From Octopus vulgaris (lineage: Eukaryota), in NCBI GenBank assembly GCA_951406725.2, contig OX597828.1:39804001-39868000 (forward strand): 64,000 nucleotides of DNA, given 5' to 3'. Each line of letters starts with the position of its first letter. Position 1 is the first letter of the stretch. The notes below the pieces were generated by a model. It did not search any database. It worked only from the letters and a program-made list of their open reading frames with translations, and was not told where the DNA came from. Made by a program: the position numbers and the translations under genes. Of the stretch, positions 48,901-60,993 are shown piece by piece.

Positions 48901-50894
48901 CATATATACGACAGGCTTCTTTCCGTTTCCGCCTACAAAATCCACTCACAAGGCTTTGGTTGGCCCGAGGCTATAGTAGAAGACACTTGCCCAAAGTGCC
49001 ACACAGTGGGACTGAACCCGGAACCATGTGGTTGGTAAGCAAGCTACTTACCACATGCACTTTTATGCAGTGCTGCATGGGTACTTTTACATGGTGTCAC
49101 ACATGTGTTGTGCCGCATGGGTGCTTTTATGTGGCACCACCACAAGTGTTTTGCACCACCAGAAGGACCAGCCTTAACACTTCTGTTGTGAAGTACAAGT
49201 CTTCTTGAGTACAGCAAGGTGCCAGGTACCTCAGTGCTTTGTCATCTCACCTGAAAGGTTCAGCGTCCTGCTTTGATAATTCTGCCTTATTGTAGTAGTA
49301 GTAGTAGTAGTCATTGTAGTGGTGGTGTTGGTGGTGGCAGCAGCAGTAGTAGTAGTAGTAGTCTTTTCAAATCATTTCCCTTTTTAACACAAATTTGCAC
49401 TGACTTTGTTTCTAAAGTCTCCTAAACTACTGGGAAAATCCAAATGGTAATTAATGGTATGGAATGTTCTGCAATCAAAAATAAGAGATTCCACACTATG
49501 CCCCTATTTCCCTTTGGTGCCTTTGGTTAGGCCAGACCCAATGTGAAGTGAACTATGACATTTATACCTGTTTCATGGTGACACTGGGGGTTTCATTAAA
49601 TGATATATGTCTCTTAATTTTCTACGATAATTTCTTATTGGTAATTAATAATTAAATAAGCCTTCATTACCTCTTCTTCTTGAGGTGTCTGTGATTCTCT
49701 GACAGGTGTAGGAAAAACTCTTGGAGTAAAGTTTACTTCAATTTTCCCACTTTCTCTTGTTGGAATATCAGAAAATATATCACTTTTCGCTGAAGTAAAA
49801 AAAAAAATTAAAACAAAGTTCAATGCATATTTTTAATCAAATTCAAATTCCCATGGTTTCTGAGATAATATAAATACTAATAGCATATAGAATTTACAAC
49901 AGAATATTATCATTTCATTAAATAATTTATAACAATTTTTTATTAATTCCTGAATTCTAATTGCAATTAGAAATTATAACAAAACTTCATTAATTAATCA
50001 ATTCTTTTCTTATGTAAATTAGCACCAAGTTACATCTTTTAAAGTTGTTGTGTTAAAAATGTTTTGTAAAAATCTATGGCAATCAGCTGAACAACTAAGT
50101 ATAACATATAAAGCTATTGTTCTAGATGTACTATGCATCCATTTATCTGAAGACTATACAGCATGCTCTAATATGCTGTGGCCAAGTGTGACAGTCTGGA
50201 TATGTTGTATCCTCTTCCCTGCTATCCAGTTTATTTCTATGAATTTTTCAAGTTTATAAGGAATATGTAAATTCATAAAATTATTAACCATCTAACAAAC
50301 AATAACTCTGAGCACCTTTTCAAACTCCACCCGTCTAACACCCGTAGACATATTTACAAAGTCAGAAAACAGCACAGCTCCCATGACTTTAGGAAACATT
50401 TTTTCACACTGAGAGTTGCTGAAGCATGGAACAAACTGCCAGCATCAGTTGTTAGTTGTCGGAGCACTGCATCCTTCAAAACTTCCATGCTTTCTGAGAT
50501 TTGCCAACACTACACCTGATTTTCTCCCCTCCATACACACGCAAGCATGTATCTGAATCATACACTGTTCGCTTTCCAGACATTTGTACATTACTGCATA
50601 TACTTTATACGCACTTTCTGACAAGTTGTGGTGCACTTGAGCACTGTATACAATAATTTCATTATTATTATATATAATGGAAGAAAAAAGTGTTAAAATA
50701 TTCCACCAATTTTTATTAGCTATCACCAACAGATACTTGTACCATCACTCAAAGTATGGATTGTCCAATAACAGCTAAGTTCCAGAAGGTTCTAAATACA
50801 GTCATGGGTAATCTTATTTCTTTCCAGATTAGCTCCACCTCCTCCTTCTACACATGCACGCATGCTTGTATGCACACACACACACACACACACA

Positions 50895-50952
<58 letters not shown>

Positions 50953-53900
50953 ATGTTTGGGACTGGATGTCAGACTATCGGCTTATCTCACAGTCAGATG
51001 TTTTCTGTGTCTTTAGACGAGGCATCTCTACTGGCTTCAATTTATCATGAAGCAGCAGAACAGGTTTGTGAACTTACTATTTCCATCAAACCTGTTATTC
51101 AAGAGGAATCTTTACATTCATTCATTCTTTCATTCATTCAACACGGTGGTTTTCAACCACTTTTTCCCCCATGTATCCAGTTGATTCCTATTTTAACTCC
51201 ACTGGACCACCATAGCCATTCAATGCGTATAAAAAAGATCCTACTGTATTTTTATGATAAAATATTATTAGGATTATGTATTGTAGAACCATAACAAATT
51301 TATTAGACATAAATTTTAATAACAAAATCTTGTATGGAACCCCCCTCCCCCACCCAAGGACCAAATGAGCCCTGGCTGACAACCACTGGTTTAACATGAC
51401 AGAAAACATAGAGGGACAAGGAAGTATTCAATAAAGTGAATGAGTGCACCATAAGATCACTTTGGGAGTGATGGGCATCTAGTTCTTGTCAGGACATCTG
51501 CCTGGGAGAGGAGTGGATAAGGTTATCTTAGCTGTGGTGGAAGCTAGCCTGGCTGCCTTGTAGGTGTGTCCAGGAAGACAAAGACTAGGCAAAGTCCATC
51601 CAAAGAGGAAAAAAAAAACTGTGCTGATCAGTTTTTATCCTTTAGCATCCAAATAGCCATATTCAGCAAAAATATTCTACCTGTTTTATATTCAAACTGG
51701 CCAGATCCAGCCTCTTACACCTACCCTACAATCATCATTTAATGTCCATTTTTCATACTGGCATGGTTTGGATGGTTTGACATGATCTGGCAAGCCAGAA
51801 GACTGCACCAGATTTCACTGTTTATTTTGGCATGGTTTTTACAGCTGAATGATCTTCCTAACACCAAGCACCTTACAGAGTGGACTGAGTTTCTTTTTAC
51901 ATGGCACCAGTTCTGGTGGGGTCTATTTTGGCATGTTTTACAGCTGGATGCCCTTCTAAAATGCCAACCAATTTACAGTGTGGACTGGATACTTTTTACA
52001 TGGCACCAGCACTGGCAGGGTCACCAAGTAACTTGCAAGACAAAGATCCTTTGAAGTGAGATCATTGGAGAAGGTCGCTTTGTGCCAGGTGATGAGTGGT
52101 AAGAGTGTGATAGAGGGATACATGCTAGAGGAGAAACATGGTTACCCAGTCAGAGGGAGACAGCAAAAGAAAATGGATATATTGGATGGATGGATGGATA
52201 TAAGCATATATGTATATATGAATTTATACCAGAATAAGCACATAAATGTGAAACAATGTGGAAAAAAGAGTACTCAAATATCAGAGGTAGAGCTGTTACT
52301 CAGAGTTTCACATTTACGATTTTTTACAATAGAATGAATTTATATTGAATTCATTTATTTTGTTTATTTTGTTTATCGCATGCTTAAGACCGTTATCTAA
52401 AAGGACCAATGAAACAAATCCATTTTTAAAGGTGTATCCTTTAACTAGTTTTGATCATATCGTTATTTCTGTTCTATTTTAACAAAACTGTCCGACGAAC
52501 GGGAACGTGATACTCTGAGTAACAGCATTTGTTATATCTCTGCTGCTTTTAAATAAAGTATATGAATTTATATACATTCTCTCAGTTACAATCTCCTATT
52601 TCTAAATTTTTACCCTTCAACTCTATAATTAAGCACAGACTACATTTGAGACACAGTTCCAACTCACAGAAGTGTGAAAATAGAAAACTAACTGAGATAT
52701 ATACTGGCCGTGAACATAATATAGAATTCTATATCAAACTTAAATATTTTAAAAATAAATCCAAATTACAATTTGACTCTTCATTTTCATTTTAAACTCT
52801 TCAAGTTCAAGCTTATGTCAAATATTTTTTTGCAAATTTGTGAAAATAATATTAAAAGAAAATTACTCTTTGTTTTTTCGGGTAATTTCTTTCTACTAAT
52901 AGTTTTGGTATTTTTATTCAAGGCTTTTTTTTCTTTGATTAATTTTGCCTTTTCCTGAAAAGAAAAAGATAAATTATAAATATATATTTTTACTGAATAA
53001 AAACAACACCAACTAAGGAGGGAGGGAAACAGAGAGGGAGAGGATGAGAATAATATAAAGTGAAGTCTTAAATATTCTGATTGTGGATCTGATGCAATAT
53101 TTATGAATTAACCATGAGAAACTCAGGTAGCTGACATCTCTCACTGGTACACACACACACACGCGCGCACACACACATTCCTATTCTGATACTGAAGGGC
53201 CAAAAACCTGCCCTCTTACATTATAGAAGTTTTGGAGGTAGACATTATTGTCAGAAATATAGTACAATCCCAAAACTTACTCTTTGATGATGTGTCAGAG
53301 CTAATAATAGATAAATTTATTTATGTCATACAAGTGTGGAAAATAGAGACAAATAAGTCCACTTGTCTGAAAGTCATGCAATGAGTACCACTTGTCAATC
53401 TATCAGACATATTCATTTCACCATCTGTCAAAAATAATGGTGGTGCTCCAGCATGGCCACAGCCTTAGAGATAAAATGTATAAAAGAATAAGAACCTGTT
53501 CAGCTAATAATTTTTGTTTGGCTTTCCATTCCTCGATTTCTTCAGTTGCTTTCTGTTTTTCGTGTTCTTTGATGTTGTGAATCCGTTCTCTCATGTCGTC
53601 TTCAATCTGAATAGCATGATAAAAAAAATAAAGATATATCCATTTAATTTGTTATGATACACTGATAAATATAAATAGGCCTAAATAATCTACCTGTTTT
53701 ACGTTCAAACAGTCATCATCAAAATCTCAAAGCTATGAGATGATACATGATTACTTCAAAATAATGTGAATAATAAGTAATTCATTTGACAGAGTAATCT
53801 GGATGCTCATGAGTTTAACCCATTAGCATTTAAACTGGCCCTGTCTGGCCCAAATAGTCTACCTGGTTTTTGTTCAAACTGACCATATTCAGCCTCACAC

Positions 53901-56900
53901 ACTTACCATACAATGTCATTCTGAACGTAAACAATCGCATCATTGAAACCTCAAAGCCATGAGATAATACATGATTAATTCAAAACAATGTGAATAAATA
54001 AGCATTACGTTTCACAAAGAAATCTGAATGCTTAAAGAGTTAAAGGAGACTGTGTAAGAGACATGCCTTTCTTAGAAACTTTGATGAAATCTAACGAGGC
54101 AGATCTGATAGAGAATCCACAACACTATGGTGGAACCAATTCATTGTAATCTTATTGTGAATACTTGAATTATAACAGCAAAGAGTATTTGCAATTATTA
54201 TCATCAACACTATCTATCACCCATCCCCATCATATTCTAGTCCCAAACCAAATTTCAGTCCTGATAGTCCTTCAAACAAAATTCCTCCTCGACCTTCCCC
54301 ATTTAGCTCCAAATATCCAGACAACATGCGAGAGGGTTGTGGCTGATGCTTAGAACAGCATAGCTTGGTCACAGCTGAAGTGGCTTTAATCATAGTTTAA
54401 TCAAAAGACCCCCAACTATGGCAACATTCAAGAAATTCTGCATTCACTAAGAATAAGCTGGCCAGAAATATAAATCCTGTCGACTTCAGTGGAGTTTGGA
54501 TTCAGAATGTGAAGACAAACGAAATGTTGGTAACCATTTCGCCCAATGTACTAACGATTCTGCCAGCTTACCGCCTAATATATATATAAATCCTGTGGTC
54601 AACGACCTGCTTTAATGAGATAAACCTGTTCAAGCTGAGTTTACTGTTGCAACATCATTGCTGCTACTGTTGCAATTTGCTGCCGTTTCCACTGCCTCTG
54701 CCACCATTGTGATTGCCGCCGCCGCTGCCAATTACGATAATAACAACAACTCTTAAGAAATCCTTGACATGCTAAAGTAGAGCTGGTAAGAGATATAATT
54801 ACTAAGAAAAGGACGATAGTCAAACAGATGCTTTCATACCATAAATCCTGAATGAAAGCTGAGTTTACTATAGCAACCAAAAAAAGCAAAAATGCCACTA
54901 CCATCACCACCACTGCATGCCATTATGACCACCCCCATTATCGAAGCCATAACGAAGAAAATAGCCATTGTCACACAATTGAATCAGTATCATTCATTCA
55001 CTGCCGCCATCATTCCCATCATCTTCATTATTTCCAAGTCAATGATAGGACCTCTATAACAATGGTTCTCAACCATTTTTTACCTTTTGGCTGGCCACTT
55101 GCTATGACTAAAGGACAACAAATGGACAGTCAGGGTGATGGAGCGGACACCAAAACAATGGACAAGACTTCACCCTCTAGCTGGGGCCCACGTGGCCATG
55201 ACTGGCCAGAGATGAGCAGCAATGGAAAGAATCCAAGGAGGAGTTCCTCTTTCAGGAGTGATGACGCCCTGGATAAGGATGAGGAAAGGATCCCTTTGAT
55301 TCCCATTTTCCTCTGCTCGACCCTCATAGCCATTCAATGTTTAAAAAATCCTGATATTTTTATAATTAAACATTATTAGGAATTGCATGAAAAATTGTTA
55401 AAATATTTAATGTATTGTAGAAGTATGTTCTTTTACTCTTGTACTTGTTTCAGTCATTTGACTGCGGCCATGCTGGAGCACCGCCTTTAGTCGAGCAAAT
55501 CAACCCCAGGACTTATTCTTTGTAAGCCTAGTACTTATTTTATCAGTCTCTTTTGCTGAACTGCTAAGTTATGGGGATGTAAACACATCAGCATTGGTTG
55601 TCAAGCGATGGTGTGGGGATAAACACAGATACACAAACATATACACACACATACATATATACGACGGACTTCTTTCAGTTTCCATCTACCAAATCCACTC
55701 ACAAGTCTTTGGTGGTCCTGAGGATATAGTAGAAGACACTTGCCTAAGGTGCCATGCAGCGGGACTGAACTCGGAACCATGAGGTTGGTAAGCAAGCTAC
55801 TTACCACCATCAAAAACATCTTTCATCCTCTCCATTATCATTCAACACCTTTACTCGTGTTGATGAAATCAGCATCACTTACATACACACATACATATCT
55901 TGCCACCAAGGCAGCAGATTTAATGTATACACATTGTTGTATATACATTAAGTATGATATATAGATTGCTTTTTTAATTTATTACTGCTTTGGTTGTATA
56001 AGCCAGATTTTTTATTTAACCCGATGACTATTCACAATATCAATGAATATATTATTTGCTGTTACTTATATATATCAGAAGCAACAAATCTCATTTAGGC
56101 ATGTGGTTATATGTGGCACCATTATTAGCTTACCATTTCCAGAGATCTACTTTATCATTTTTTCAAAACATCTCATTTAGGCATGTGATATATATATATA
56201 TCATTATCATCATCATCATTGTTTGATGTCCGTTTTCTATACTGGCATGGGTTGACTGAGGACTAGCAAGCCAAGAGGCTGCATCATGCTCCAATCGGTT
56301 CTGGCAAGGTTTTTACAGCTGGATGACCATCCTAACACCAACCACTCCAAGAGTGTAGTGGGTGCTTTTTATGTGCCACAGGCATGGGGGGTGGGACTCA
56401 AGCGACACTAGCAATGACCACACTCAAATGGTGCTTTTTACATGCCACCGGCACAGGAGCCAATCAGGTGGCACTGGCAATGACCACGCTTGAATGGTGC
56501 TTCTTACGTGCCACCGGCATGGGAGCCAGTCAGGCAGCACTGGCATCAGTCACTACAACGATTTCACTTGACACAGGGGGTCTTCTCAAGCACAGCATAT
56601 TGCCCGAGAAAAATCCATACTTACGTACATACATACATACACACACATATACATATATAAATACATACATACATATATATATATATATCATCATCATTTA
56701 ACATCCGCTTTCCATGCTAGCATGGGTTGGACAGTTCAACTGGGGTCTGGGAAGCCAGAAGGCTGCACCAGGCCCAGTCTGATCTGGCAATGTTTCTACG
56801 GCTGGATGCCTTTCCTAACGCCAACCACTCCGTGAGTGTAGTGGGTGCTTTTTACGTGCCACCGGCACAGGTGCCAGACAGGGCTGGCAAACGGCCACGG

Positions 56901-58489
56901 TCGGATGGCACTTTTTACATACATACACATATATATAAATATATATATATATATATACGTCCAACCCATGCTAGCATGGAGAACGGACGTTAAACGATGA
57001 TGATGATGATGATGATGACATATATATATTATACATTGTTTAAAATTTGAATTTCTCAAAAACTCACTACTAACTTTCATCATCTTTTTCAAAGAATATT
57101 TCTCATTTATTCTTTTTGTCTCTGCTCGTTTACTTTTTGCCTCTTCTGCTTCTTTCTGTGATTCCTCTATTGCTTTGTCCCGCACGAGTTTCATCGCAGC
57201 CTTGTCACCTGAAACATATCACGAGAAAATGCCCAAAGCATAAATACAATATTGACATCGCTACCACTTTTCTCATCATTCATTTATTTAATAGATTAAC
57301 AAATTATATTTGAAAATAATACAAAGATTTATTACCCACTATATCAGACTGCAATTTAGTCCACAGACCAGGTGTTAGCTTTAACAGTAAAAAGACCACT
57401 TCTCCATTTTTTAGCTGTACAGAACTTGCAGCATTGTCGACTTTTTCATGAAGAAAACATTCAAAGAGAAAAGGTCGGTAGTTCACCTGTAGAGTAAGAG
57501 GAAAATATTAAAATGAAATTCAAACATTATTTTACAAAGGCAAAATAACTGGGTTGTGACCAAACTAGTGGAGGCGCAATGGCCCAGTGGTTAGGGCAGC
57601 AGACTCGCAGTCAGAAGATCACGGTTTCGATTCCCAGACTGGGCGTTGTGTGTTTATTGAGCGAAAACACCTAAAAGCCCCACGAGGCTCTGGCAGGGAG
57701 TGGTGGTGACTTATGTTGTATTCTTTCGCCACAACTTTCTCTCTCTTTTCCTGTTTCATGAGTAACACTGCGATGGACTGGCTGTTGGGAACACATACGC
57801 CACAGAAACAGGGAAACCGAGCCCATGAGCCTGGCTAGGCTTGAAAAGGGCGAGGTTTTTTTTTATCATGACCAAGCTAGGACATCACACGAGTCGATAC
57901 TGTTTCCTCAAAATGGTAACTTTTAAATGAAATATTCTATAAATATCTTTCAGATGGTATGGATTGCGATTATATCGGAATTTAATGTAAAAAAAAAGAA
58001 GAAAAAATAGTTAATGGGTGTGCACACATACATACATATATACCTACGAAATGAAAGTTATGAGGAAAGAAATCGGAGGGTGCGGTACAATTGTATAAGT
58101 ATGCCAAAGAGTTAGTATCGATTTGACAAACACCATAAAATGACGTTAAGTGAATAAAATGCTAGTTTATATATATATATAAAAAAAAACTATTTACAAA
58201 TGCTTAGTATACGTGATTAACATTCCTGTGTATAATGTGTTCCGACAGAATTTGGATGGGCTTTTTCTTTTTTTAGTCTTTTGTTAACATTGTATCAACA
58301 CACACCAAAATTTATATACACACCCAACTGTTTTCTAAACAGCGTAGAAAAGAAGTATAATTTCACCTTTAGATAGTCACTAGACGTTAATACATCAGCT
58401 TTACTGCTGTGTATTCCTTTTAGAGCAACTTTGATGAGTACATTGGTTTCGGTCTCTTCCCATTCATAATCTTTTACTAAAACCGGCAT
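40252..58489 (-). CDS. DNAAF4: Dynein axonemal assembly factor 4 (DYX1C1); CS domain, coiled coil and TPRs; 11 exons, 393 aa
   Basis: Exons 58489-58367, 57486-57336, 57208-57075, 53606-53496, 52954-52867, 49789-49671, 47952-47852, 45355-45275, 43671-43599, 42571-42466 and 40346-40252 sum to 1182 nt in frame. Signature peptides [29 protein letters not shown] and [10 protein letters not shown]. Confidence 0.95.
40410..40657 (+). mobile_element. SINE with (ATG)n tail in the last DNAAF4 intron
   Basis: ggagtggttggcgttaggaagggcatccagc core. Confidence 0.75.
41480..41760 (+). mobile_element. tRNA-derived SINE
   Basis: Head similar to 18724 and 57569. Confidence 0.7.
42190..42396. repeat. Compound trinucleotide microsatellite (GAT/GCT/GTT)
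   Basis: Direct reading. Confidence 0.9.
42466..42571 (-). CDS. DNAAF4: DNAAF4 exon 10 (ALDLLMPPV...[15 protein letters not shown])
   Basis: aacag/gtaaat. Confidence 0.93.
43599..43671 (-). CDS. DNAAF4: DNAAF4 exon 9, TPR ([11 protein letters not shown]...IEDSSK)
   Basis: ttcag/gtaatg. Confidence 0.93.
44420..45255 (+). mobile_element. Two duplicated, degenerate LINE 3' fragments
   Basis: LYKAQ.RP..EYCS.IW-type segment present twice (44520 and 45095). Confidence 0.6.
45275..45355 (-). CDS. DNAAF4: DNAAF4 exon 8, TPR ([21 protein letters not shown])
   Basis: tttcag/gtatct; TPR consensus. Confidence 0.9.
45615..46036. mobile_element. hAT-type MITE with 8-bp TSD, carrying a nested hammerhead-bearing repeat
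   Basis: TSD caataaag at 45607 and 46037; termini cagtgg..ccaacc / ggttgggaaccact. Confidence 0.75.
45829..45864 (-). ncRNA. Atypical minimal hammerhead-like motif
   Basis: CTTT-CTGTGGA-A-GAGC gtag GCTC-GAAA-CG-TT-AAAG. Confidence 0.5.
47210..47436 (+). mobile_element. SINE with a Meta/MESC-like core
   Basis: ggcgagctggcagaa head and gcctttcatcctttcggggtcgataaattaagtaccag core; domain name from memory. Confidence 0.75.
47852..47952 (-). CDS. DNAAF4: DNAAF4 exon 7 (WLRKQAEA...[13 protein letters not shown])
   Basis: Conserved peptide; aag/gtaagt. Confidence 0.9.
48040..48449 (+). mobile_element. SINE with internal ~62-bp tandem repeats and an (ATG)n tail
   Basis: About 4 units of gccagtggcacgtaaa..cacc. 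Confidence 0.75.
48661..49055 (-). mobile_element. SINE (1186 family), minus strand
   Basis: Reverse complement of 35334-35751. Confidence 0.8.
49671..49789 (-). CDS. DNAAF4: DNAAF4 exon 6 ([20 protein letters not shown])
   Basis: Conserved DYX motif; ttcag/gtaatg. Confidence 0.92.
50300..50672 (+). mobile_element. CR1-type LINE 3' end with (ATT)n tail
   Basis: [21 protein letters not shown] motif followed by a 3' UTR. Confidence 0.75.
52867..52954 (-). CDS. DNAAF4: DNAAF4 exon 5 (lysine-rich linker)
   Basis: tttcag/gtaatt; supplies the phase 0 to 1 change needed. Confidence 0.75.
53496..53606 (-). CDS. DNAAF4: DNAAF4 exon 4 (IEDDMRERI...[10 protein letters not shown])
   Basis: ttcag/gttctt; open frame. 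Confidence 0.88.
53819..54039. mobile_element. piggyBac-type MITE with a partial tandem copy at ~53680-53818
   Basis: TTAA-flanked; termini cccattagcatt / aatgcttaaagag. Confidence 0.65.
55433..55806 (-). mobile_element. SINE (1186 family), minus strand
   Basis: Similarity to other copies in the window. Confidence 0.8.
56205..57020. mobile_element. Cluster of (ATG)n-tailed SINEs, including an inverted tail pair
   Basis: Two minus-strand copies and one plus-strand tail fragment. Confidence 0.7.
57075..57208 (-). CDS. DNAAF4: DNAAF4 exon 3
   Basis: tttcag/gttagt; charged coiled coil ...LKKMMK. Confidence 0.88.
57336..57486 (-). CDS. DNAAF4: DNAAF4 exon 2 ([12 protein letters not shown]...)
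   Basis: acag/gtaata; CS domain. Confidence 0.9.
57569..57855 (+). mobile_element. tRNA-derived SINE in DNAAF4 intron 1
   Basis: ggaggcgcaatggcccagtggttaggg head. Confidence 0.8.
58367..58489 (-). CDS. DNAAF4: DNAAF4 exon 1 ([13 protein letters not shown]...DYLK)
   Basis: ATG at 58489; AAG|gtgaaa donor; start of CS/p23 domain. Confidence 0.92.
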
Positions 58490-58515
58490 GTTTCCGACTA
58501 ATATAGTTTATTTCT

Positions 58516-58529
58516 GTTGCTTTGGTAAC
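58516..58529. promoter_or_regulatory. RFX X-box (GTTGCTTTGGTAAC) upstream of the DNAAF4 ATG
   Basis: 14-bp near-palindrome fitting GTTNCY-N2-RGNAAC, 26 nt from the start codon of a ciliary gene. Confidence 0.75.
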
Positions 58530-59874
58530 CGCAAAGTGTTCGTATAATATTTTGCCGTACAGAGTTATTGTTCCTTAGTCACATCGATGCTGATGGATTT
58601 TCACTTTGTTGCTTTCCCATCGTTTAATCCCAGGTCAATTTTTATCAAACAGATATATGATCAAAGGAATTCTGACCGTGACCATCTGACGAGTGTTATT
58701 TAACTATCTAACGTGTTCTTTATTTAAGGCAGTAGGACAGGATACGAGGGGGATTAAGAGCTGTTATTTCTAGCAGGTCGAACTCGGTGGCTCCTTATAG
58801 TTTATTGTGTAGTTGCGTGTGTGTGTATGTATGTGCGCGTGTACACGAACATGCATAGATGTAGGTGTGACTGGGTTCAGTCTCATTGTGTGGAACCTTG
58901 GGAAAGTGTCTTCCAAAGCCTTGTGAATGGATTTGATAGACAGAAACTGAAAGAAGCTCGTCTTGTGTGTGTGTATGAGTATATATATTAGTAAGTGGGG
59001 TAAAATGAGTAATTTCTGATTTTTGATTATTCTTTCCTTACTGGTTTGAAATCATTATATTACAAGTATTGCATCACCATTTTGTGTTGCTACATTATAT
59101 TTAAGAAAAAAATCGGTAAGTATAGTTGTTGTTGAAGTTGAGAGAATCTGAAACATATGTGGCAGGTCCTCTTTTTTCAAGAAATTTTTCTTAAATTTTA
59201 ACCCAATTGTAATAGAGGTTAGTAATAAAATATTTAGATAATTTTTGGTGAATAACAATCAATATTCTTTTCTCTGTTAGATTCCAAGTCAATCCCCCCC
59301 ACCCACACATTAATGTCTAATTTGATAACGTTCAATTGTCCAAAAAAACGTTGTCTAAACTGGGGCAAAATGAGTAATAACTAATTGCAATAATTTCTTC
59401 TCTTTAAAGTGTAAATATATCATGAAGAGAGACACTCCAGCAGATCAATGAAGAAGCTATAGAGAATATTTTATGATGAGTTTTTTGATTTAGTTGACTT
59501 TTGTTAATTTCATATCATGTGCCGTCTTTTCATGATCATCTTTCAATTTGACCCAGATATTTAAAATTTTTGTTTCTCAAATGTAATTCAGGAGAATTTG
59601 AGAGGCAAATTTACCCTATCTTGTTAATGAGTGACTAATCATTTTGTTTAATTTAATGGTTGAAGATCAAGCCCAGCATAGCACCTTGATAAGGGATTTC
59701 ATGATTGAGAAGTTTGCCTTGCGACTACTTGATTCCAAGTTTGACCCTGTTGGGTGGCACACTGAGCAAGTGTCACCCTATAACTTCAGTTGACTAGTCT
59801 CTTTTGAATGAATTTTGGTAAATGGAAAGCACATAATACACACACACACACACATATACACATATGTATGTATG

Positions 59875-60272
59875 GCATTATTCAGTTTATTTCAAGATTT
59901 CTTGCCAATAGAGATCCAAGGCTCCTTCATTGGAATCTCAACATCAACAACAGGGTATTTTTGTTTGTATGTATGTATATGCAGATTTGTATGTATTCTC
60001 ATGCATATAGTTGTGTTTCTAGACATGCTCATATATATTTAAATGATAAACTTCTGGAAAGCTTTTCAAATTTTTACAGTTCCTGTGATGGATTGGATCT
60101 GTAGTCTTCGAAGTAGCCTTCTCCTTTCTAGTTTTGAGAAACCTGATTTCTGAAGATTGGTATTCAGGCAGTGTGTCACACATCTTAGTGCCCCAATAAT
60201 TACCAGTATTAACCTGAACTTGTAATCTGGATAGAGTAGCTGTAGATTCCTCAATAGTTCAGTGTAGGTATC
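59875..60272 (-). mobile_element. 3' end of an R4/Dong-like RLE non-LTR retrotransposon
   Basis: Y.ELLRNLQLLYPDY....VIIGAL...LQIQSI.GT.KI, the C-terminus of a restriction-like endonuclease. Confidence 0.6.
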
Positions 60273-60604
60273 AGGGGGAGAGGATCCAGGTTTTCTTTTT
60301 GGGTGTTGCCCAAAAATTAAAAAAAAAAAAAAAAAAAACTATAAGAGGTGGGAATCGTAATTCGTAACAAATTTATGTATTCTACCTTAGTTGTAGCAGA
60401 CCTTATGCATATGAAACAGAAATGCTGTGAAACGGCAGGTAATAAACCTTGGTCCCGGTTCAACTAGAACGGGTGTTGCCTGCGTAACTAGAGCAATGCC
60501 CATGCATCTGCCACTGGGTATTTTCGTTTTTGTTGATCTTTAGCTTTATGTTAACATCCTCTGAGCAGCTAATTTCCACAACTGTACACAGTTTCTCTTT
60601 CCTT

Positions 60605-60993
60605 ATGCATGCCTTTATATACGCATGTATGTATATCTTCTCTTTCCCTTTTTAATTTAAAGTAAATTTTGACTGACCACCTACTTTGTGTTGTAAAGAA
60701 AAGCATTTCGTTTTAACAGTTATCCTTTAAATTTTAAGAGGGTTTGTGTATGTATGTATGCATGCCTGTATGTATGTATGCAAGCATGTATACATGCATG
60801 CCTTTATATACGCATGTATGTATATCTTCTCTTTCCCTTTTTAATTTAAAGTAAATTTTGACTGACCACCTATTTTGTGTTGTAAAGAAAAGCATTTCGT
60901 TTTAACACTTATCCTTTAAATTTTAAGAGGGTTTGTGTATGTATGTATGCATGCCTGTATGTATGTATGCAAGCATGTATACATGCATGCCTT
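60605..60993. repeat. 189-bp tandem duplication (2 copies, 2 mismatches)
   Basis: Units start at 60605 and 60794; bounded by atgcatgcctt. Confidence 0.9.

Noticed and set aside
54852-55379. 175-aa plus-strand ORF
   Set aside because: Chimera of low-complexity DNA, a MITE and a probable LINE 3' fragment, antisense within a DNAAF4 intron.
57569-57645. tRNA-like sequences here and at 18724, 38135-38208 and 41480
   Set aside because: Each continues into a SINE body, and one has a TSD; these are SINE heads, not tRNA genes.
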